58,938 bases of DNA from Candidatus Heimdallarchaeota archaeon. GTDB lineage: Archaea > Asgardarchaeota > Heimdallarchaeia > Heimdallarchaeales > Kariarchaeaceae. Below are positions 1 through 7,065 of this stretch, piece after piece; position 1 is the first letter of the stretch; the number at the start of each line of letters is the position of its first letter. Location of the stretch: NCBI GenBank assembly GCA_015523565.1, contig WAKA01000122.1, positions 1-58,938 on the forward strand, in the 5' to 3' direction. The notes beneath the pieces are model-generated. The model did no database searches, was not told the origin of the DNA, and was given only the letters and a program-made list of their open reading frames with translations. Made by a program: the position numbers and the translations under genes.

Positions 1-2
1 AA

Positions 3-1841
3 ATAAAACAGGAAAATACGTCAACAATTGATGCAATCAAAAATGAAAGCCAATCTGCGGATGAATTGTTTGAAAGAACAAATAATGACATCAATGAAAT
101 AGGCATAACATACAATGAACTTATAGAGAGCACAAAGGAGAAATTTAATGCCCTAACTAAAGAAATAATCAGGGATAATACTTTAATGGTCGAGAAAACA
201 CAGGAATCTGGCTTGTCATTTTTAAATATGGAGAAAAACGTCATTCAAGGTCAGTTGGAACAAATCAGGGAATATTTTGACAAGACAATCAGTGACAAGA
301 AAAACGAGATGCAATCTGTAATTGATGAGCAACTGAAAATCATTACAAATCAATTAATCAAAAATTTAGACGAGATGACTAGTTCATTCAAACAAAAGGT
401 GAATGAAACAGTTGATTTGCTCGAGAAAGATTACACCAAAAATTTTGAAGATGTGAAAAACAACATTACAGGAACAATTAACAAATCCATAGAAGAAATA
501 AGGGAAAAAGGAGAAAACCATGCCCAAATGATTGATAAGACAGGAGAAGAGATATCAAACAAAGTATCAGATATTCAAAATTCAATTATTGAAAAATTCC
601 AAGATAAAAAAACAGAAATGTCAAATGGTTTTGAGAGATTGATGCAGATAATTGAGGATATTAATTCAAATTTACATCAATTGAAAGATAGTTCAAATGA
701 TGAACTTCAAGAAATATTGCAGAATTTGCATATTGACGTAACCAATCTATCACAAGGTTTTCAGGATCAATGGAAACAGATTGAGGAACAATATAACCAA
801 ACTCTTGAAAATGCGATGAAGAGAATTGATGAGAGTATTCAATTCACAGAAAATGAAATTTCAACAGCAATTCACGATTTACTTAACTATACCAATGACT
901 TGAAAAATGAACTTGAAACAAGTGTGGAAAATATTAACCAAACATTTACCGTAAAATTGAAAGAGATTCGAGAAAGTTATCAAACGGCATTAGAAAATGT
1001 GGGAAATGATGTCATTCAATCTCAGAATGAGGGAATGGAAAATTTCAATACAAAAGTAATAAGCTTAAAGGAAGAATTGAATGACATTTTTAAGAGAAAT
1101 CAAGCACTTGAAGAACAGTTTATTGAAGAAACAACATCCCAAAGCATTGAAATGATGAATGAAATGTCCAATGCCCTCCATGCTTTTAGTTCACAGGTGG
1201 AAAGCCTTGGAATTAAAAGCTTGAACAATATCAAATCAACTATGGACGAAATGAAATCCACACAGATGGAAAAAACAAAAAGCCTCTTGGATGGTTTTGT
1301 TTCCAATTTTGTTCAGAATACCACAATGGTCACCAGTCAAATCGAAGCACTGGCTAATACACTAGATGGTTTTTCAAAGATTATAGATAGCACAGAAACC
1401 CCATCCATCAAAACGACAACAGTTGTTGGAAAGGAACCCATTGTGGAATACATGGCAGATATGCTTGGAAGAGTGAAAAGTAAGGCAACAATTCTTGTTC
1501 CAAATATTGAAATGGTGCCTGATGAAAAAATCCAGCAACTGCCAACAAGAGCACAAGTTACAGTTATCTCTTATATTGACGAGATTACACATAGGGACTG
1601 GATAGACAAAATGCATTCCTGCAATGCCAATGTTACCCTTCGTACCCTGTCACATGGGGGAAATCTTCCAGATTTCATTGGATGTGAAAGAGAGGGCGAA
1701 GAAATCTTGTTAGGGACAATTGATGAGGGATCCAATGATTATGTGGCAGTAGCCAGCTCATCTGAGTATTTTGTCAAAATACTTGGCAACATTGTGATTT
1801 CAGATTATTCAAGAGGTAAAAGCAAACAACTCCAGAAGTAA
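3..1841 (+). CDS. Long acidic coiled-coil/helical-repeat protein with a C-terminal globular (PLD-like/TrmB C-terminal-like) domain; 5'-truncated
   Basis: The frame is open from position 3, so the gene starts upstream of the window. About 440 aa are E/K/N/Q/I-rich helical sequence, followed by an alpha/beta domain (GKEPIVEYMADMLGRVKSKATILVP...FIGCEREGEEILLG). Confidence 0.6.
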   Translation: MKQENTSTIDAIKNESQSADELFERTNNDINEIGITYNELIESTKEKFNALTKEIIRDNTLMVEKTQESGLSFLNMEKNVIQGQLEQIREYFDKTISDKKNEMQSVIDEQLKIITNQLIKNLDEMTSSFKQKVNETVDLLEKDYTKNFEDVKNNITGTINKSIEEIREKGENHAQMIDKTGEEISNKVSDIQNSIIEKFQDKKTEMSNGFERLMQIIEDINSNLHQLKDSSNDELQEILQNLHIDVTNLSQGFQDQWKQIEEQYNQTLENAMKRIDESIQFTENEISTAIHDLLNYTNDLKNELETSVENINQTFTVKLKEIRESYQTALENVGNDVIQSQNEGMENFNTKVISLKEELNDIFKRNQALEEQFIEETTSQSIEMMNEMSNALHAFSSQVESLGIKSLNNIKSTMDEMKSTQMEKTKSLLDGFVSNFVQNTTMVTSQIEALANTLDGFSKIIDSTETPSIKTTTVVGKEPIVEYMADMLGRVKSKATILVPNIEMVPDEKIQQLPTRAQVTVISYIDEITHRDWIDKMHSCNANVTLRTLSHGGNLPDFIGCEREGEEILLGTIDEGSNDYVAVASSSEYFVKILGNIVISDYSRGKSKQLQK

Positions 1842-1903
1842 TTTTAACAATTTCATCTGTCTCATCAATAAGAGGTAAATATGCATGTGCATGTCAAGTT
1901 TCA

Positions 1904-2773
1904 ATGGATGAATTTCGATTAATTGACGCCCACATGCATTGGCACGCACATGAACAGTTGGACCCTGCGGTATTGAATATGGTTAAAAGGGAATTCCCCT
2001 TTCTGTTTAAAGAAAACATTGACTCAGCAGATCCAACACCCATTATAGAGTTGATGAAAAAGGAAAATGTCGAAAAGGGATTTGTAATCAATTATGTGGC
2101 ACCAGAGGTAATGGGATTTACATTCAAAACAAATGAGTGGGTAATTGACTTCTGTGATAAAAGTGAAGGGATGCTAATCCCAGTAGGAGGAGTCGATACA
2201 AAGTCCCATGAAAATGCTGGAGAATTACTTAGACCATATCTTGAAACCAAATCAATTAAGTTGGTGAAAGTTCATGGACCACATCAACTAATTAAGCCGA
2301 ATGAATATCTTACAGGAAATAAAGGGCTTCAAAACCTTTATGAAACTTGTCAGGAATTAAAAATTCCAGTAATAATCCATACAGGCACAAGTATTTTCCC
2401 AAAAGCAAGATCCAGGTATGGACACCCCCTTTATGTTGAAGACATACTGATTGACTTCCCAGACCTTAAGATAATTATTGCCCATGGAGGAAGACCCTTT
2501 TGGACTATGGAGTTTGAATACCTGATGCAGAAATTCAAGAATATTCTTTTTGACATCTCAGGAGTACCACCAAAGTTGCTTCCCAATTATTTTCCCCGTT
2601 TTCACAGATATGCAGATAGAGTGATTTATGGATCTGATTTTCCGTCACCAGGTGTGAAAGGAATTAGAAAAAATGCAGAGTTACTTAACAGTATTTTCGA
2701 CAAGATGGGACTTAATCGTGAAGTCAAAAGCAAAATATTTTATGAAAATGCAAACAAATTGATTAAAACTTAA
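1904..2773 (+). CDS. Amidohydrolase family (Amidohydro_2) metal-dependent TIM-barrel hydrolase
   Basis: Motifs IDAHMH, IPVIIHTG, IIIAHGG, FDIS, YGSDFP and IFYENA. Confidence 0.9.
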   Translation: MDEFRLIDAHMHWHAHEQLDPAVLNMVKREFPFLFKENIDSADPTPIIELMKKENVEKGFVINYVAPEVMGFTFKTNEWVIDFCDKSEGMLIPVGGVDTKSHENAGELLRPYLETKSIKLVKVHGPHQLIKPNEYLTGNKGLQNLYETCQELKIPVIIHTGTSIFPKARSRYGHPLYVEDILIDFPDLKIIIAHGGRPFWTMEFEYLMQKFKNILFDISGVPPKLLPNYFPRFHRYADRVIYGSDFPSPGVKGIRKNAELLNSIFDKMGLNREVKSKIFYENANKLIKT

Positions 2774-2824
2774 GATTGTATCATAATTTTTGCGATATCC
2801 TTTGACGAGTTAACTCCTAAAATG

Positions 2825-2832
2825 TTTATAAG
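2825..2832 (+). promoter_or_regulatory. Putative TATA box of the surface-protein operon (probably a leaderless transcript)
   Basis: TTTATAAG lies ~23 nt upstream of ATG 2855. Similar spacing occurs before 13188, 16419, 30826 and 48659. Confidence 0.5.
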
Positions 2833-2854
2833 AACAAAATGAGTATCATGCTTG

Positions 2855-4048
2855 ATGCGTTTCAGATGGATAATATTGTTAGTGGTAATTGGAAGTTTAA
2901 GCATAAATCCTTCCAATGCATTTGTAATAGAAAGAAGTGACGTGAATCTTCCACAGATCAATATTACAAATGCAACCTATATTTCAGTAGTTTTGTCAAA
3001 TATCCCGACAGAAGTCGATGATGGCTCAGCAGTCAATATTTCAGTGGCATTTACAACTGACGACTTGAATGGTTCATTGGTGGACCTTGCTTTGGAAACA
3101 ACAGCAGGGACATTTGAAAATAATCAATCAATGATATCATTTCAATTTGCGGCTGAAAACAAGACAATTTTTGTTACTTGGTATGCACCAATACTGTATG
3201 AGCAAGATATTGATGCAACAATTTCAGCAAGGGCAGTACTTGATGAGTTGGAAGATACCGATTCAAAACAAGTCCATGTAAAAATGATTTTCTTTGATTT
3301 TGAAGCAACTTGGATAACTTTAGACAAATATTATCAAAATAAAACAGCACCAATCACTTTAAGGGTTACACAAGGTTCAAAACCAATTGAAGGGGCAATG
3401 GTTGGATTTGCCCTTGAGGTTGGTAAGTTTGTTGAAAGCAAGACAGATTCAGTTAACATAGAAACAAATTCAAGCGGATATGCTACTGCTTTCATTGATT
3501 TTAGTGGTCAAGAGTTTCTATTTGAAGAAACAAATATTGAGATTTCTGCTGTCGTTACAAAACTGAAATTCAATGAATTGCTAGTCAATACAACTATAAC
3601 CGTCATAAAGAGTGCATTAATCCCAATGGTAACCATTGATTTCTCTAAAGGAGAGGACAATGGACACCCATTTGCAATATTTGCAATCAACGCAACACTA
3701 AGCGGAAGACCTTGGATTAATGCTACATTCAAAATTGTAGCAACAGGGGGTACTTTTGAGAATGGTGAAAGCCAGATTTTTGTGAAAACAAATGCATCAG
3801 GGTTGGTAACAGTAAAATGGACTGCTGACGGAATTCCTCAAACAAAAGACGATATTGTGGTATTCTTTACTGTAGACCTTACATCAATTGAGTATGGTAC
3901 GATTGATCAAATGTCCTACAATTTGACCATTGCAGGAACAAATCCAGTCCAGAATCTACCAAGTTCACTAACGACTGGAAATTCGGCACCGTTATTCGTA
4001 TTGCCTTGGATATTAGTAGTGCCACAAATCAGGAGGAGGAAAAAATGA
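2855..4048 (+). CDS. Secreted Ig-like (Big_1/invasin-type) surface protein with about 3 domains and a C-terminal hydrophobic-plus-basic anchor
   Basis: Signal peptide MRFRWIILLVVIGSLSINPSNA; TNSSGY and TNASGL...W motifs; many N-x-S/T sequons; C-terminus APLFVLPWILVVPQIRRRKK. Confidence 0.7.
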   Translation: MRFRWIILLVVIGSLSINPSNAFVIERSDVNLPQINITNATYISVVLSNIPTEVDDGSAVNISVAFTTDDLNGSLVDLALETTAGTFENNQSMISFQFAAENKTIFVTWYAPILYEQDIDATISARAVLDELEDTDSKQVHVKMIFFDFEATWITLDKYYQNKTAPITLRVTQGSKPIEGAMVGFALEVGKFVESKTDSVNIETNSSGYATAFIDFSGQEFLFEETNIEISAVVTKLKFNELLVNTTITVIKSALIPMVTIDFSKGEDNGHPFAIFAINATLSGRPWINATFKIVATGGTFENGESQIFVKTNASGLVTVKWTADGIPQTKDDIVVFFTVDLTSIEYGTIDQMSYNLTIAGTNPVQNLPSSLTTGNSAPLFVLPWILVVPQIRRRKK

Positions 4049-7000
4049 TGAAGTTAAGCAATAAAAAATCAGTATCACCAGCTTTTGCAGTGGTTCTTAT
4101 TGTAGCAGTCACAATTGCAGCAGGAGTAAGTGTTTATGTAATTGTGAATAATAATTTTTCAGATAAAACATCTGTAACAGTTACTACCAGTCCCATAATT
4201 TATGATCATAACAATGATGGGATGATTGATGCAATAAAAATTTCAATTAAAAACAATGGACCAGACATGAATGCCTCGTATGTAGCTTTCATTGATTCAG
4301 ATGGTACTTACCAATGGTTCATTGGAGAACAGGAAGAAACTGTTTTGATAAAAGATCAAGAAATTTCAATTCTCTTATTCACAAATTCAACTAGTGATCA
4401 ATTGAATCCAACTTCGACCGTAACAATTCTTTTTGGGGAATCTGTTTCAAACTATGGTCAGACTACAGTTGAGCTTCCTGACAATCCAACAGTGCCAGAT
4501 CCAGTTACGGTCACGGTAACAGCAGGTGGAAAATCTGTTTCAGGAACGCAAATATCCTTTACAACACCTGCAGGGGTACCTGCGAGCGTTCCACCAACCT
4601 CAACGGACAGTAACGGAAAAGCATCATTTTATCTATTGCCAAACAAATATATTGCCAAAACTTCTGATGGCAAGACATCGGAGACATTCGACTCCCTCTA
4701 TACAAAATCAGTCTCAATTTCAGGAACATCACAAACAGTCAGTGTGCTTGTTTTGGATACCAGCGGTTCACCACTTTCAGGAACAAGTGTATATACTACA
4801 GACACATCACAGAATGATTTGGGTGGATCTGCAATTACCAATTCAAGCGGTTATGCAGATTTCACTCTTTCAACAGGGAAATATCTGTTCAGAGCAAATT
4901 ATCTTGGTCAGAATTATTGGTCTTCACAACTTGACGTACCATCAAACACAAAAACATTGACAATCCAGATCAGCTCGGGAACTCTTAATGGAAGTGTCTA
5001 TTTTGGTGATGTAAAGGTTGAAAAGACACTTTACCTTAGGTTGTATACTGCAAACAATGTTTCCCTGAATTATCATTATTCAACTAATGCATCAGGATAT
5101 TTCTCTTTCACTCGCGGAGTAGTTGCAGGTCTGTATCGTTTGAGGTTGACATTTCAAGGCAAATACTATTGGAGTCAAGTACTGTCCACAAGTACCCCCA
5201 ATCTCAAAGCAAACTTTGGAGGGGGATACCTAACAGTCAATATTACTGTAGGAAATGAACCAATCAGAAATAGGGTTTTCACAAGACTTTACAATAGCAA
5301 TAACCAATCCATGTGGTTGTACTCTTACACCAATGCTACAGGAGGTGTCTCATATGGAGCAGTCCCCCGAGGAAATTATCGGATCAGACTCGATTGGTTG
5401 AGGATGTATACATATTCTACAGCATTTAAGCATACAGGCAAAGCGTTAACCGTCAATTACAATGGAGGACCCATGATTTACCAAATCCGTCTTAATGATT
5501 CAGCTATCAGAAACAGGGTACTTGTTAGGTTATTTACTGCAAGTGGTTTGTATACTTACCTGTATGCATACACAAACAGCACAGGATATGTGAACTTTGG
5601 GAATGTACTTGCAGCGAATTATAAATTTAGAATTGATTGGCTGAGAATGTACAACTTTACGTCAACTTTTTACCATGACGGGGTAAGTCCGAAGGTTGTA
5701 GACATTGAAGGATATTCATTGACAGTCAAGATAACAGTAGGAGGAGAACCAATCAGAGAAAGAGTTCTTATAAGACTTTTTACCTCCACAAAGCTGTATA
5801 CATATCTCTATGCATATACTAATGCAACAGGCTACGTAAATTTTGGAAGCATACTTGCAGGTCATTTCAGATTGAGGGTGGATTGGCTTAGGCAGTATGT
5901 ATATTCAAGTGTGTTCACTCACAACAATGCAAGCGCCAAAACCTTAAACTTTGCAGGAGGACAACTAGTTGTTAAAATCAACATTGCAGGAGAACCAATT
6001 CGGGATAGAGTATTGACAAGGCTCTTCTACAGTAGTGGATCAACCAATCTCTATTCCTATTATTATGCATATACAAATGCATCAGGGTATGTGAATTTTG
6101 GAGCAATTCTTAATGGAACTTACAAGCTTAGGATTGATTGGTTAAGGCAATATACCTTCACTAGTCAAATAGACCATCAAGATAACACTCCGAAAACAGT
6201 CAACATGAATGGAGGTAGACTTTTAGTACACCTAACAACAGAAGGATATGATTTGCCAAATAGAGCATTGACAAGACTTTTTGTCAATTCTACATCATTA
6301 TATACCTATCTCTATGCATATACAAATGCCACTGGTTGGGTGGACTACGGCACAATACTTGAAGGAACATATAAATTAAGAATTGATTGGCTTAGACTGT
6401 ATACATTTACAGGTGCATTTACACATGCGAATTCAACACCAAAAGCACTTGATTTACATGGAGGAAAGCTAGTTGTTAAAGTTAACATTGGTGGTGAGCC
6501 TGTTACAAGAAGAACATTAGTAAGACTGTTCACTAACAATTTGCTATATACCTATAAATATGCATATACAAACTCCACAGGATATGCAGATTTTGGACCT
6601 ATCCTTGCAGGAAACTTTACTCTTAGATATGACACATTGAGACAGTATGTGTATTCTACATATTTCTTCCATAACAATAGCATGGTGCAAAGTGTAAACC
6701 ATGCAGGTACAGTAAGACTCACCATCCATGTGCTAGACGGAGCAAATTCAAACGCACCGTTGGCTCAAAACCAATTAATCAGGTTATTTTTGGATACAGG
6801 TACCTATACCTACCTCTATGCATATACGAACAGTTCAGGATATGTAACCTTTACATCAATCCTTAACAATACCTATAAAATCAGATGGGACAATCCAAAT
6901 CCAGACATCTATTCATCAATTTTCAATGTCAACGATACAACAAGTGCCACAATAGAAATTGTGCTAAGTTCCTCTGGTGGATTGATCAATACATCTTTGC

Positions 7001-7056
7001 CTTTTGCAAATGTCGCCACAAATGATACTGTTTGGCGAAAAGAAGATGAATTGTGA
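4045..7056 (+). CDS. Very large type IV pilin-like (class III signal peptide) protein with 10 tandem beta-sandwich (prealbumin/carboxypeptidase-regulatory-like) repeats; putative adhesin
   Basis: N-terminus KKS|VSPAFAVVLIVAVTIAAG matches the archaeal pilin/archaellin pattern. Repeat cores T-N-x-[ST]-G start at 4837, 5083, 5329, 5572, 5818, 6073, 6322, 6568 and 6826. The ATG overlaps the upstream stop (ATGA) and follows AGGAGGAGG. Confidence 0.75.
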   Translation: MMKLSNKKSVSPAFAVVLIVAVTIAAGVSVYVIVNNNFSDKTSVTVTTSPIIYDHNNDGMIDAIKISIKNNGPDMNASYVAFIDSDGTYQWFIGEQEETVLIKDQEISILLFTNSTSDQLNPTSTVTILFGESVSNYGQTTVELPDNPTVPDPVTVTVTAGGKSVSGTQISFTTPAGVPASVPPTSTDSNGKASFYLLPNKYIAKTSDGKTSETFDSLYTKSVSISGTSQTVSVLVLDTSGSPLSGTSVYTTDTSQNDLGGSAITNSSGYADFTLSTGKYLFRANYLGQNYWSSQLDVPSNTKTLTIQISSGTLNGSVYFGDVKVEKTLYLRLYTANNVSLNYHYSTNASGYFSFTRGVVAGLYRLRLTFQGKYYWSQVLSTSTPNLKANFGGGYLTVNITVGNEPIRNRVFTRLYNSNNQSMWLYSYTNATGGVSYGAVPRGNYRIRLDWLRMYTYSTAFKHTGKALTVNYNGGPMIYQIRLNDSAIRNRVLVRLFTASGLYTYLYAYTNSTGYVNFGNVLAANYKFRIDWLRMYNFTSTFYHDGVSPKVVDIEGYSLTVKITVGGEPIRERVLIRLFTSTKLYTYLYAYTNATGYVNFGSILAGHFRLRVDWLRQYVYSSVFTHNNASAKTLNFAGGQLVVKINIAGEPIRDRVLTRLFYSSGSTNLYSYYYAYTNASGYVNFGAILNGTYKLRIDWLRQYTFTSQIDHQDNTPKTVNMNGGRLLVHLTTEGYDLPNRALTRLFVNSTSLYTYLYAYTNATGWVDYGTILEGTYKLRIDWLRLYTFTGAFTHANSTPKALDLHGGKLVVKVNIGGEPVTRRTLVRLFTNNLLYTYKYAYTNSTGYADFGPILAGNFTLRYDTLRQYVYSTYFFHNNSMVQSVNHAGTVRLTIHVLDGANSNAPLAQNQLIRLFLDTGTYTYLYAYTNSSGYVTFTSILNNTYKIRWDNPNPDIYSSIFNVNDTTSATIEIVLSSSGGLINTSLPFANVATNDTVWRKEDEL
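4500..6970 (+). repeat. Intragenic tandem repeat, ~243-258 bp (81-86 aa) period, about 10 copies
   Basis: Consensus of later copies: GEPIRxRVLxRLF...LYTYLYAYTNxTGYVNFGxILxGxYKLRIDWLRxYxF. Spacings between cores are 246, 246, 243, 246, 255, 249, 246 and 258 bp. Confidence 0.9.
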
Positions 7057-7065
7057 GGTGGTTTT

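Noticed and set aside
4006-4044. ORF-track N-terminal extension (TTG start at 4006) of the pilin-like gene
   Set aside because: It overlaps the upstream gene. ATG 4045 has an SD and gives a normal short class III leader.
5560-6830. Recurring TATGCATA(T/C)AC palindromic motif at ~246-bp spacing as a CRISPR or DGR element
   Set aside because: It encodes the YAYT peptide of the protein repeat. The spacing is too long for CRISPR, and there is no reverse transcriptase or adenine-specific TR/VR pair.
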